DNA of 57,512 nt from an uncultured Clostridia bacterium (GTDB lineage: Bacteria > Bacillota > Clostridia > TANB77 > CAG-508). Position numbers and translations under genes: made by a program. Numbering within the stretch: position 1 is the first letter of the stretch; each line of letters begins with the position of its first letter. The DNA is taken from NCBI GenBank assembly GCA_946401865.1, contig CAMIVO010000004.1:1-57512 (forward strand), in the 5' to 3' direction. Under the pieces are notes generated by a model. That model did no database searches. It saw nothing but the letters and a program-made list of their open reading frames with translations, and had not been told where the DNA came from. Positions 46,223-56,566 of the stretch are shown here, in pieces.

Positions 46223-47821
46223 CTAGTTTTTTAATGTAAAGTATCCAGGTGTTCCTTCTTCATCTATTCTTGCATATTCTGCATCTATATGTTCTGCATT
46301 CCATTCAGTTCCGTTTCCACCCTTTAGAACTGGAGTATTTACCCCTTCGTATGTATAAGTTTTCCCATTTATTGTCATTGGGCTAGTTGCAAACATATTT
46401 GTGCTACTTGTAACACTTTCTGTACTCCATTTATCTGAAACATATATTTTTTCTAAATTTGTTAATGAAAACATCTCATTCATATTAGTTACATTACTTG
46501 TATCAAAACTGCTTACATCTAATGTTGTTAAATTTTTGCAATAAGAAAACATATCATACATATTAATTACATTACTAGTGTCAAAATTACTTACATCCAG
46601 TTGTTCTAGATTATAACAATACATAAACATTGCACCCATATTTGTTACATTACTTGTCTTAAAATTACTTATATTTAGTGATGTTAATTTTTCGCAATTA
46701 CCAAACATTATATGCATATTAGTTACATTACTTGTATCAAAATGGCTTACATCCAATGTTTGCAGGTTTTTTAAGTGATAGAACATACTGGTCATATTAG
46801 ATACTTTGCTTGTATTAAAGCTACTAACATCCAGTTTAGATAAACTTATACAATTACTAAACATCCAACCCATATTTGTAACATTACTCGTATCAAAATT
46901 ACTTAAATCAAGTGAAGTTAAACTCTTGCAACGATCAAACATAGACCCCATATTAATTACATTACTTGTATCAAAATTGCTTACATCAAGTGAAGTTAAA
47001 CTCTCGCATATGCAAAACATAGCTGACATAGTGGTCACATTACTTGTATCAAAATTGCTTACGTCCAATAAAGCCAAATTTCTACATGATGCAAACATAT
47101 CACTCATATCTAATGTATTACTTGTATCTAGTAATTCTATTCCATCAATTGTTTTTAAATTAGTACAACCATAAAACCAATTACTAGTATACTTTGGTGC
47201 AATTTTTTCTTTAAATTTGACTTTTTTTATCTTATTTCTATAATCAAACCAAGGAATATCCCATTTAAAAGTCGTATAGTCGAGCCCTACAAATCTTGTA
47301 TTACTTATATCATTTTCTGAGCCGTCATATATTAGGGTTCCTGTTTTTTCTGGATCTTTATATCCTTTTGTAGCACTAAATTGCATCTCACCATCTGCAT
47401 ATATTACAACATAAACTTCTGTAGGTTCTCCTTGTTTATATTCACTAATTTCCCCACTATCATTAATTATATAACTTTTTGTACTACCCAAATTCTTTTC
47501 ATCATCTACAGTTATTTTTAATTTTTTACCTGCTTTTGTTGCTTTTCCTTTTACTCCATTGTTTTTTAATTGTTCATTTATGGTTTTTAGTGTTACATTA
47601 TTTAAATCTTCAGATAATGCTGCTAAATAAGATAATTTTATTTGTTCTTTTATTTGTGCCTCATCTGTTACATTTTTTGCTTCTCCCGACCTTTGTAATA
47701 TTCCATTATTTCCAGATAACATCATAATTGATATTCCTGCTAATAGTAATAATACAATTATTGTTACTACTAATGCTATTAGTGTAATTCCTGAGGTTTT
47801 ACTTTTCTTCTGTTCTTTCAT
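46223..47821 (-). CDS. Tandem paralog of 44357..46033, one 26-aa repeat shorter
   Basis: Near-identical N-terminal ~170 aa and C-terminus; 532 vs 558 aa. Confidence 0.9.
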   Translation of the reverse strand: MKEQKKSKTSGITLIALVVTIIVLLLLAGISIMMLSGNNGILQRSGEAKNVTDEAQIKEQIKLSYLAALSEDLNNVTLKTINEQLKNNGVKGKATKAGKKLKITVDDEKNLGSTKSYIINDSGEISEYKQGEPTEVYVVIYADGEMQFSATKGYKDPEKTGTLIYDGSENDISNTRFVGLDYTTFKWDIPWFDYRNKIKKVKFKEKIAPKYTSNWFYGCTNLKTIDGIELLDTSNTLDMSDMFASCRNLALLDVSNFDTSNVTTMSAMFCICESLTSLDVSNFDTSNVINMGSMFDRCKSLTSLDLSNFDTSNVTNMGWMFSNCISLSKLDVSSFNTSKVSNMTSMFYHLKNLQTLDVSHFDTSNVTNMHIMFGNCEKLTSLNISNFKTSNVTNMGAMFMYCYNLEQLDVSNFDTSNVINMYDMFSYCKNLTTLDVSSFDTSNVTNMNEMFSLTNLEKIYVSDKWSTESVTSSTNMFATSPMTINGKTYTYEGVNTPVLKGGNGTEWNAEHIDAEYARIDEEGTPGYFTLKN

Positions 47822-47916
47822 ATTTTTCTTTCTCCCTTCTATTTTTAGGTAAATTTGTACCGGTTCTTTTTTGTCCCAATTTTTCCTAACTACTTCACTA
47901 CTGATATTTTAGGACA

Positions 47917-48093
47917 TATATTATTAAATATGTAAATTATTAATGTATCATTTTCTCAAATTTTATAGTAAAATCAAGCATTTGTCAAATGTATAATTTT
48001 TTATTTGGGGAAGTAATAAAGATAATAAAATAGCCTAGTATTGTGTATTTTAAGAATTGTATAATATTATTAATTTGTATATTTAATAATATA
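47917..48093 (-). promoter_or_regulatory. Sigma-A promoter flanked by 28-bp inverted repeats (copy C)
   Basis: TTGACA (47988-47983)-17-TAAAAT (47965-47960); arms 47917-47944 and 48066-48093 with 3 mismatches. Confidence 0.7.
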
Positions 48094-48301
48094 ACTCCAA
48101 ATAAAAAAGCCCTGAAAGTTACACTACTTTCAAGGTTTTTCTTGTTTTATTACATTTTTATTAAATTTTTGTGACATTTTGGTTACAATTAAAATTTTTC
48201 ATGTTTTCTCTTGAATTAGCATTATGCTTTTGGGAAGTGTCCCCAAAAGCTCAAAAGCTTCCCCAAAAGCTTCCCGAAAGCTCCCCAATGAAAAGACTCC
48301 C

Positions 48302-49075
48302 CTAAATTATGCAATCATATCTTATTGAATTTCCTTTTATAGAATAGCTTGGTTTTACTCCTGCTAAAAATTCTCCTTTTAACGGCCTTTTTATCACTAT
48401 TTTTTTAGGCTTGGCTTTTATTGCTGAATCTAATAGTTCTTTTTCATTTGTACATGGTGTTTCTATTTGGTGTAAAATTTGAAATTTCTTTTTTATTAAT
48501 GCACTTTTTGTTCTTTCTGGAAACATGGGATCTAATAATATTACATCAGGTTCATAGTCTAAATTTTGCATTGCTATGATGCTGTCTTCTTCATATACAT
48601 TCATTCTACTTGCAATTTCTTTAAGTTCAGGAATTTGTTTTGCTCTTTCTATTGCATCTTTTAAAAGTTCTACTATTATTGGATTTTTTTCATATAAATT
48701 TACTTTAAATCCATATGCTGAAAGAAGCATAGAATCTTCCCCCATTCCAGCAGTTGCATCTAGAGCAACTAAATCTTGTTTTTTTCCTTTAATTTTTGAA
48801 GCATGTATTAATAGTTCTTTTTCTAAATTGCTTTGTTTTATTCTTCTTATTATTTTGGTAAAATCTTGATGTAATTTCATATTACCAGAAACAAGTGATA
48901 ATCCATCTTCATCAAATTGTAATAAAAGATTTGATTCTGAATTATTGTCTGTAATAATTTTGCTATTCAATTTTTCTGCTAGCTTTTTTGCTTTTTCCAT
49001 ATATGAATTGTCTTTTACTATTATTGACACCAATTTTTCTTCCATTTTTGCCTTCATTCCTTTGTTTTTACCCAT
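48302..49075 (-). CDS. rsmJ: RsmJ-like 16S rRNA SAM-dependent methyltransferase
   Basis: LDATAGMGEDS, LDPMFP, KKIVIKRP, IRYD; start may be slightly downstream. Confidence 0.85.
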   Translation of the reverse strand: MGKNKGMKAKMEEKLVSIIVKDNSYMEKAKKLAEKLNSKIITDNNSESNLLLQFDEDGLSLVSGNMKLHQDFTKIIRRIKQSNLEKELLIHASKIKGKKQDLVALDATAGMGEDSMLLSAYGFKVNLYEKNPIIVELLKDAIERAKQIPELKEIASRMNVYEEDSIIAMQNLDYEPDVILLDPMFPERTKSALIKKKFQILHQIETPCTNEKELLDSAIKAKPKKIVIKRPLKGEFLAGVKPSYSIKGNSIRYDCII

Positions 49076-51881
49076 TATCTATTTTATCTTTAATGCTTTT
49101 AATATTATCCACAATTCCTTTTGATATGCTTTTGTTTTCGTTAGCTTCATTTTTTACTGCAAAACCAATTAGCACACTTCCTACAACTAATAAATATACC
49201 CACCAAGGAACACTGAACCAAAATTTTCTTGTGAGTGCAAATATATTTATAATTATATTTGCTATTGTAACCATAAATAGATTTCCAGATTTTTTGTAAT
49301 AGCTATATAATACTATACAAAGAAGTATTAATGTAAATAGCATTCCATCAAGATTGTTTAAATAAGCAGTTAATGCATACAAATTTATAATGGTTACTAC
49401 TATTTCCTTAAATGGTCCTTCTAGATTTTCTTGTATAATATCTGAAATTGCAATTGAAATCGCTAAATAACCTAATAAACGTGCTGTAGCATAAATATTT
49501 AAATTTAAATCTCCTATTATAAAATTATATAAAACAAGCAAATTGACATATATTATAACTTTAAATAATTTTTGATAATTGCTTTCTTTAAATACAATAA
49601 AATAATTATAGAAATTCCATATTAAAAATAGTATTGCTCCAAAATATTTGCTTTCTACACTAAATACTGTCATAAGTAAATATATTCCAGCAGTAATTGT
49701 AAACCATTCTTTTTCTTTTTTAAATAATGCCATTACACTGTTTCCAACAGCTATACCTAAGTAAATAATTTGTAAAATAAATGGATCTATTCTTTTTTGA
49801 ATAGCAGTTATTACACCTACGATTATAAGCCCTAATAAAGGAATTATATGATCTACTACTTTTGTTATATCTTTATCTTCTTCTTGGAAATAACTTACTA
49901 TAAATATGATTATTGTTAAAACTATTGCAATTATTAATGACCAAATTCCTTGTATAAATGCAATACAAAGATATGAAACCATATATAATATTGCTTTAAA
50001 TGGATAATCCATATCACTTTTGATATTTATTTTAGGTTCTATACCTAAAAATGCTAATACTATAATTGATGGGATGATTAATTTTGCATTTATTGGTAAT
50101 CTAGTATAATTACATATTACAAGTAATGTAAGACCTGTTGCAATATATGTTAAATATTTAAATATTACTGCTGTTGATTTTTCTTTAATTCTTACCGTGC
50201 TATATGCATAAACCAATGTTATTATAATCCAGTCGAATATATTGTTACAGAATTTTTTCAAATTAAAAATTAGTACAAGTACTATCACATTTGCAATATA
50301 CATATGTGACATATAAAAATTTGCTTTTTTAATATCTTTATTTTTTATTATTAATTTTCCTAAAATTTCATATATTATAAATGTAAATATACCACTAAAT
50401 ATAAACCACTGATAACTTGAAATTTTTAACACGAAATATAATAACAATTGAGAAAGTATTGTATATAAGAAAATTAGTACATTTATGCATAATGCTACAC
50501 CTGCATACTTTCTTACTTTTGTATATGAATATATTGAAATTAAAAGTTGGATTAATGTTATTATAAATCTGCCTGTATTATCTGTTATATTCCAGAAAAA
50601 TACTATTTGCATACATATTAATAATTCTATTATAGAGGTTATTTTTATGTTTTGGTTTTTATTTACTTCTATTATACAACCATTTATTATTATAAAATAC
50701 AATACTGCTATTATATTTTTAAATGTAAGTGTTAAAGCATTTCCAGTTTTCCAAACAAGGTAAAACCCAAGAACATTTATTACGGTATTAAATATTCCAA
50801 AATTAACTATATTTTTATCTTTAAAATATAATACTAAAAAGTTTATTGCTAAAAATACTAAATCACATAAAACTATAAAACTATTTACAGCAATTGCAAA
50901 AAATGCGCAACATACTAGTCCAAAATAAGGTATAAAGCTATATATGTATGAGTTCTCTTTTAGAAATTTATTATTTTTTGTTAATAGTATAAATTCTATA
51001 TTGTATAAAAGTGTACAAAATACTATATTTTGAATTGAGGTTTCAAAAATACAAGCAAACATTATCACCGTAAAAACTTGTGTTAATATGCTTCCATATA
51101 ATAGTTCTGGCATGTTTTTTCTCTTATATTCTATATAATAAACAAACGAATTAAATATTCCCGCTATAGTAAAATAGATATATTTTCCGTCTCCATTTAT
51201 AGATAAATATTTTCCCAATAGTCCAAAGGCAGAAATAGATATGAAAAATATTGGAATATATGCCATTGCTATGTAATAGAAAGCTCTTGATGCTTTATGT
51301 AATTTCTTTTCTTTTGCAAATGCACTTAATGCAAAAAATATAACAGCAATTAATAATAAGATACCTGTTTTTATAATATTTGGCATAACATGCCAAGTAG
51401 ATGTTAAAAGTACAATTGCAGCAAGTATTATAAAAGTTGCTCCAGTTGCTAAAATTGTAGTATTTTTTCTTTCTTGTTCGTTTTTTACTTTATTTTTTTC
51501 TAAAACAGGTTTTATATTTTCTTTTACATTTGATGATGATTTTTCTTCAATTGTATAATTATTGCTTTCTTTTATATTATTATTAATTTTATTACTTTGC
51601 TCTATTTTTTTATTTTGTATAATTTCAGTATTTTTCTTAAATTCATCTTTTGGCTCTATATTTTCGTTTAGACCTATGTTATCATTGACCAAATTTTTAT
51701 TTTCATTTAAACTTTTTGCACTTATTTCATCAATAGGATCTTTACTATTAATACTTATTTTTTTTCTAAGTATTTCATTTTCTTCTTCTAGTCTTCTTAT
51801 TTTTTTGTTTAGTTCCTCTTTTTGGTTGTATTGTGATATACACAGTATAATTAAAACAACAAATACAATGACTAATATCAT
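49068..51881 (-). CDS. Large polytopic membrane protein (DUF2339-like)
   Basis: N-terminal TM and charged linker, then many TM helices ending in VPWWVYLLVVG. Confidence 0.8.
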   Translation of the reverse strand: MILVIVFVVLIILCISQYNQKEELNKKIRRLEEENEILRKKISINSKDPIDEISAKSLNENKNLVNDNIGLNENIEPKDEFKKNTEIIQNKKIEQSNKINNNIKESNNYTIEEKSSSNVKENIKPVLEKNKVKNEQERKNTTILATGATFIILAAIVLLTSTWHVMPNIIKTGILLLIAVIFFALSAFAKEKKLHKASRAFYYIAMAYIPIFFISISAFGLLGKYLSINGDGKYIYFTIAGIFNSFVYYIEYKRKNMPELLYGSILTQVFTVIMFACIFETSIQNIVFCTLLYNIEFILLTKNNKFLKENSYIYSFIPYFGLVCCAFFAIAVNSFIVLCDLVFLAINFLVLYFKDKNIVNFGIFNTVINVLGFYLVWKTGNALTLTFKNIIAVLYFIIINGCIIEVNKNQNIKITSIIELLICMQIVFFWNITDNTGRFIITLIQLLISIYSYTKVRKYAGVALCINVLIFLYTILSQLLLYFVLKISSYQWFIFSGIFTFIIYEILGKLIIKNKDIKKANFYMSHMYIANVIVLVLIFNLKKFCNNIFDWIIITLVYAYSTVRIKEKSTAVIFKYLTYIATGLTLLVICNYTRLPINAKLIIPSIIVLAFLGIEPKINIKSDMDYPFKAILYMVSYLCIAFIQGIWSLIIAIVLTIIIFIVSYFQEEDKDITKVVDHIIPLLGLIIVGVITAIQKRIDPFILQIIYLGIAVGNSVMALFKKEKEWFTITAGIYLLMTVFSVESKYFGAILFLIWNFYNYFIVFKESNYQKLFKVIIYVNLLVLYNFIIGDLNLNIYATARLLGYLAISIAISDIIQENLEGPFKEIVVTIINLYALTAYLNNLDGMLFTLILLCIVLYSYYKKSGNLFMVTIANIIINIFALTRKFWFSVPWWVYLLVVGSVLIGFAVKNEANENKSISKGIVDNIKSIKDKIDNG

Positions 51882-51958
51882 TTGTTTTTCTCCTTCTTAA
51901 ATATTTTTCTATTTTTATATAAATAATTATAGCAATAATAATTTTTTTGTTCAATAAT

Positions 51959-53125
51959 TTATTTTATAATTTTATTGTACATTTCAATTGCATAATTGTC
52001 TGTCATTCCAGCAATGTAGTATATACTTGCCTTGTAAAAATCCTTTTCATTTGACATGTTGAAAATCACATCATTTTGATTTTCCTTGTTTCTTTCTAAA
52101 TTCCAATAATCTTTTAACCAATTATTAAAATCTTTTATTAATTCAGGACATTTATTTTTTGCTTTTTTATCTGTATATGATTGCTTTAATAAATTATATA
52201 TTGTGTTTATTATTAATTCAAAATAACTATTAGATGGTTGTAATTTTTCTGAAAAATATATTTTTTTATAATTATATTTTTTCAAAGTATTTATCATATT
52301 GAATTTTTCCTCTGAAAAACACAAACCCTTTTCTATACTAGAATTGGTACATAAGTCATATATTAAATTATTAATAATTACTGTATTATTTATTACTTCA
52401 TCTTTATCATAGTTTAAAATTTCATATAGCTCATCTAAATTTTCTATCATTCCAAGTGTTATAGCATCTTGAATATCTCTTCCTAAATATGCTATTTTAT
52501 CTGATATTTTTACAACACAGCCTTCCCAAGTATATGGAGCGTATTGATTTGGATATGTATAATCATTTAAATTTATAAATTCTTTTCTTGGTTTTAAACT
52601 ATTTTCATCTATTTCTCCACAATGTGAAATAATTCCATCTCTTACAGCATAAGTTAAATTCATATTTTGTTTATTTCCCTTTGGGTCTTCTAAAAGTTCT
52701 ATTTTATCTACCATATTTAGCCCATTTTTTTCATGCCAAAAGGCTTCTCCTATATCTTGTTTAGATATATTTGATAGTATTCTTTCTCCTTGATGGCCAA
52801 AAGGGCTATGACCTATATCATGTGCTGTTGCTATTGCTTTTGTAAGTTCTGTGTTTAAACCTAAATTCTTTGCAATTGTGTAACTTACAGATTCTACATG
52901 AACTACATGTTCAGCTCTTGTACATATATGATCATTTTTAGGTGAGAAAAATACTTGTGTTTTATTTTTCATTCTTCTATATGCTGTAGAATGTATTACT
53001 CTTGTATAATCTCTTTCAAATTCTGAGCGTAAGTCATTATTTCTTTTATAAAGTTCCTTTTCTCTTTTTATATAGTTTGACCATAGCGGATTTTCTTGGT
53101 TTGCTGATTGCTCCGTAAATTGCAT
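51959..53125 (-). CDS. dgt: dGTP triphosphohydrolase-like HD protein
   Basis: RSEFERDYTRVIHS..RRMKNKTQVF, HDIGHSPFGHQGE, YIAGMTD. Confidence 0.9.
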   Translation of the reverse strand: MQFTEQSANQENPLWSNYIKREKELYKRNNDLRSEFERDYTRVIHSTAYRRMKNKTQVFFSPKNDHICTRAEHVVHVESVSYTIAKNLGLNTELTKAIATAHDIGHSPFGHQGERILSNISKQDIGEAFWHEKNGLNMVDKIELLEDPKGNKQNMNLTYAVRDGIISHCGEIDENSLKPRKEFINLNDYTYPNQYAPYTWEGCVVKISDKIAYLGRDIQDAITLGMIENLDELYEILNYDKDEVINNTVIINNLIYDLCTNSSIEKGLCFSEEKFNMINTLKKYNYKKIYFSEKLQPSNSYFELIINTIYNLLKQSYTDKKAKNKCPELIKDFNNWLKDYWNLERNKENQNDVIFNMSNEKDFYKASIYYIAGMTDNYAIEMYNKIIK

Positions 53126-53185
53126 AATTATTTTTCCTTCCTTTTTACATTGATATATGACAATTGGTACCGGTTCTTTTGTTCC

Positions 53186-53491
53186 CTATTTTTCTGATGC
53201 TATTGATATATCTCTTATCATATCCCCATTAATTAAACGTATTTTTTTCTTTTCTTCAACTTTTATCCAATTATCTTCTACTGCAACTATTTTTCCTTGT
53301 ACTCCAAAAGATTCATTAAATAATATAATTGTGCAGTTTTTTCCTATAAATTCTTTCATTAATTCTTGTGGCATTTTTCTTTTCCTACCTTTCTTTTTTC
53401 TTTTTAATATTCCTAAATATAATTTATTTCTTTGCGGTATTATTATACAGCAAACAATAATTAATATAAACCATATATACCAAAAATTTAT
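53186..53491 (-). CDS. Small protein with N-terminal TM and a short beta-rich C-terminal domain; start uncertain
   Basis: GGAGGTGA RBS at ~53497-53504; TM, then KEFIGKNCTI..GKIVAVEDNWIKVE..LIN. Confidence 0.6.
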   Translation of the reverse strand: MNFWYIWFILIIVCCIIIPQRNKLYLGILKRKKKGRKRKMPQELMKEFIGKNCTIILFNESFGVQGKIVAVEDNWIKVEEKKKIRLINGDMIRDISIASEK

Positions 53492-53504
53492 TGTTATCAC
53501 CTCC

Positions 53505-53640
53505 ACTACTTTTGGGGACACTTACTACTTTTGGGGACACTTACTACTTTTGGGGACACTTACTAAAATCATCTCATGATTTTATGCAGTGTCCCTAAAA
53601 TCAAATCATCTCATGATTTTATGCAGTGTCCCTAAAATCA
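53505..53640. repeat. Tandem REP-like repeats
   Basis: 19-bp ACTACTTTTGGGGACACTT x3, then ~37-bp AAATCATCTCATGATTTTATGCAGTGTCCCTAAAATC x2. Confidence 0.85.
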
Positions 53641-53659
53641 TAAATTTTCCAACTTATAA

Positions 53660-54329
53660 TTATTTTATTACATTATCATAACTCAAGTCAACTAAATTCA
53701 TTATTTCCTTATCTGATAAAGTATCATCTAGAATAATTGAAATCCAACTTTTTTTACTTAAGTGATATGATGGATAAATTCCGTTTAACACCTGAATAAT
53801 TTTGAACTTTATCATCTAGTTTTACATTTAAAACTTCAATTTCTCCTGATTTATCTGATATAATTTTACTTCTATCTATATTCATTATTATCCCGAACCA
53901 TTTATTACTTCTTGCATTTCTAAAAACTCCAAATCCAGGAAATTTAGCCCACAAAAACTCTGGGCTGACTGCATATTTTTCATTTATCAATTTTGTAATT
54001 CTGTTTGTTTGTTCAAAAATAAAGTATTCTTTTTCAAAGCAATTATTTGCTATATCTTGCAAAATATTTCTATACCCTTCTCTAACTGTACCAACAAACT
54101 CTCCCATATTTCCTTCAACACGAAAATTTGTATATTCTTCATCTAACTCTATTTCTATAACTTTTCCTGTAACTTGTCCTTTATCATTTATAACTATATC
54201 TGCTCTAAATGTATTATTCATAAAAGTTGTAGAAAAGTTATAAGAATTATTAGATTTTTTAAAACCATATTTTATAAGCTTTTTGTTGTTTGGAATATAT
54301 CTCTTAAATACTTCACTTTCAATACTCAT
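53660..54329 (-). CDS. MmcQ/YjbR-family DNA-binding protein, 222 aa when joined across CGG +1 shift at 53783
   Basis: PEFLWAKFP, KWFGIIM, VLNVK; AAA [C] GGA ATT restores G-IYPSYHLSKKSWISIILD..LVDLSY. Confidence 0.9.
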
Positions 54330-54348
54330 TTCAATAATTTCCTTCTTT

Positions 54349-54757
54349 TTATTTAGCTAATACTTCATTATAAATCTTTTTAATATCATTTTCATCTTTA
54401 AATTTATTTTCCATAGGGCACATCCCAGTATGATCTTTATTTATAATAAATGGTACCCTTGTTTTATATTCATATTTTATATTGTTTTGCTCTAATACAA
54501 GTATTGCATATTCACTTAAAACATCAGCATAAATTTCTTTAACTCCAGAAACTGCAAGTAAACTACCTGCAAGTTTTCCTATTACTTTATCTGCAATACA
54601 TGCTCCGATTAAGTGCATTTTCATCATTTTGCAAAATTTCTTTTATATCTTTAATTCTATCTTGATAGTATTCTTTAATTTCCCCATTTGAATAACCTAC
54701 AACTAGTGAAGCATTTTTGGAATATAATCTTTCTTTTAACTCTTCTAATTTAGTCAT
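54349..54757 (-). CDS. DUF1893-family protein, 135 aa when joined across CGG +1 shift at 54607
   Basis: ATG at 54757 overlaps the upstream stop; AAT [C] GGA GCA gives ALN-G-ACIADKVIGKLA; TGMCPME. Confidence 0.88.
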
Positions 54758-55337
54758 CTAACTTTATTCCTTTCCTAACTACCATTGCTAAAACTGGTAC
54801 TAAAGCAAGTTGAAGTACTATTCCAGGTATTCCCGATTTTACACTTTGCATTACAGAAATTCCATATCCATTTAACCCAAATAAATTAACTGATGCAAAT
54901 AGTACTCCTGCATATAAAATTCTTCCTATTATCATTGTAGCTATTAAAGAAATATATGAATTAACTTTTTTATTAAATAATCCTAGTAAAATTCCATATA
55001 TAACTAATTCTATTAACATATATGGCATTCTTGCTAAAGCTGGCATTCCTGTTAATAAATAGCTAAATATAACTGAACTACCTGCAACAATACAGCTAGA
55101 AGTCATTCCAAATACTAAAGCTGAAATTAATACCATTAAATGCATAGGTAAAAATGTTACTCCTGCAGAGCTTCCAAGTAATACGTGAAATATTCTAGGA
55201 ATAGCTATTCCTAAGCCACTAAATAAAACTGTACCTATTATATATTTTGCCTTTGTAGTAGATAATATTTCTACTAATTTATTTGTTTTTTTAACTGAAT
55301 CTACTTTTTCCATCATTTTAAAATCCTCCCTATTCAA
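54750..55337 (-). CDS. ECF transporter S component
   Basis: IPRIFH..G..FLPMH, TGMP, MLIELVIYG, PGIVLQL. Confidence 0.85.
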   Translation of the reverse strand: MNREDFKMMEKVDSVKKTNKLVEILSTTKAKYIIGTVLFSGLGIAIPRIFHVLLGSSAGVTFLPMHLMVLISALVFGMTSSCIVAGSSVIFSYLLTGMPALARMPYMLIELVIYGILLGLFNKKVNSYISLIATMIIGRILYAGVLFASVNLFGLNGYGISVMQSVKSGIPGIVLQLALVPVLAMVVRKGIKLDD

Positions 55338-56427
55338 AAGTTTCTGATACTTTTGTTAATAAATTTCTAATTTCTAAATGTTGCGGACATATTTTTTCAC
55401 ATTTTCCGCATTTTATACAATCTGAAGCTCTTCCATTTCCGTTTTGTGTATGAACATTATAATAATAACCTGCATTCCAATCTTGGAATTGAATTTTTGC
55501 ATTATAGCAAGAAAACAAATCTGGAATTGATATTTTCATTGGGCACCCCTCTACACAGTATCTGCATGCAGTGCAAGGAATTCCTCCTATGTTTCTTAAT
55601 AATTCTCCTACTTTTAATACAGCTTTCATTTCTTTATCATTTAATGGTGTAAAGTCTTTCATATAATCAACATTATCTTTAAGTTGTTCGAAATTACTCA
55701 TACCTGATAAAACTTTGTACATTCCATCAAAACTAGCTGCAAATCTAACTGCATAACTTGCATAAGACATATCTTGATTTAATTCATCAATTATTTTTTT
55801 TGCTTCTTCTGGTAAATTAACTAATCCTCCGCCTTTTACAGGTTCCATTACTAAAATAGGTTTATTGAATTTACGACAAACTTCATACACTTTTTTAGAT
55901 TGAACACTTGCTGATAAGTAATCTGCATAATTAAATTGTATTTGAACTATTTCTACTTCTGGATGTTCGGTTAATATTTGTTCAAGCATTTCGCTCGTGT
56001 CATGAAATGAAATACCTAAATGTTTTATTTTCCCCTCATCTTTAAGTTTTAAGCATTCTTGATAAGCATTTGTTTTTTGAAAATGCTGGTATGTATTTCT
56101 ATCTTGTGCATGCATTAAATAATAATCAAAATATTCAACACCACACCATTGTAATTGTTTTTCAAAAAAGACTTTTATTTCTTCTTGTGATTTGAAATAT
56201 GGTGCTGTTAATTTATTCGTTAATATGTAACTTTCTCTAGGATATCTTTTAGCTAAACATTCTCTAATTGCTATTTCGCTTTTTCCTCCTAAATATCCAT
56301 GTGCTGTATCAAAATAATTAAAGCCTTGATCCATATAATAGTCTATCATTTTGTTAAATTCAGTATAGTCAACTTCGCCTCCATTCATAGGAAGTCGCAT
56401 ACATCCAAATCCTAATTTCTTTTCCAT
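55330..56427 (-). CDS. Aldo/keto reductase with C-terminal 4Fe-4S dicluster
   Basis: LGFGCMRLP, FDTAHGY, CTACRYC..CP, CIKCGKCEKICPQ. Confidence 0.93.
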   Translation of the reverse strand: MEKKLGFGCMRLPMNGGEVDYTEFNKMIDYYMDQGFNYFDTAHGYLGGKSEIAIRECLAKRYPRESYILTNKLTAPYFKSQEEIKVFFEKQLQWCGVEYFDYYLMHAQDRNTYQHFQKTNAYQECLKLKDEGKIKHLGISFHDTSEMLEQILTEHPEVEIVQIQFNYADYLSASVQSKKVYEVCRKFNKPILVMEPVKGGGLVNLPEEAKKIIDELNQDMSYASYAVRFAASFDGMYKVLSGMSNFEQLKDNVDYMKDFTPLNDKEMKAVLKVGELLRNIGGIPCTACRYCVEGCPMKISIPDLFSCYNAKIQFQDWNAGYYYNVHTQNGNGRASDCIKCGKCEKICPQHLEIRNLLTKVSETFE

Positions 56428-56566
56428 AAAAATCCTCCTTTAAATTCCATTTTAATTTTCCTCATTATTAAATTTATTGTTATTCTATAATAATATTTTA
56501 AAGGTTACAACCAGCTTTTAGCATAATTTATGAGTTATACCACACTTTTTGCAAAAATAAGTATAT

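Noticed and set aside
44357-47821. Diversity-generating retroelement acting on the paralogs
   Set aside because: No reverse transcriptase in the window; both copies are complete genes with near-identical C-termini, and I did not see an adenine-restricted mismatch pattern.
53505-53640. Possible mini CRISPR array
   Set aside because: Repeats are directly tandem with no unique spacers; no cas genes nearby.
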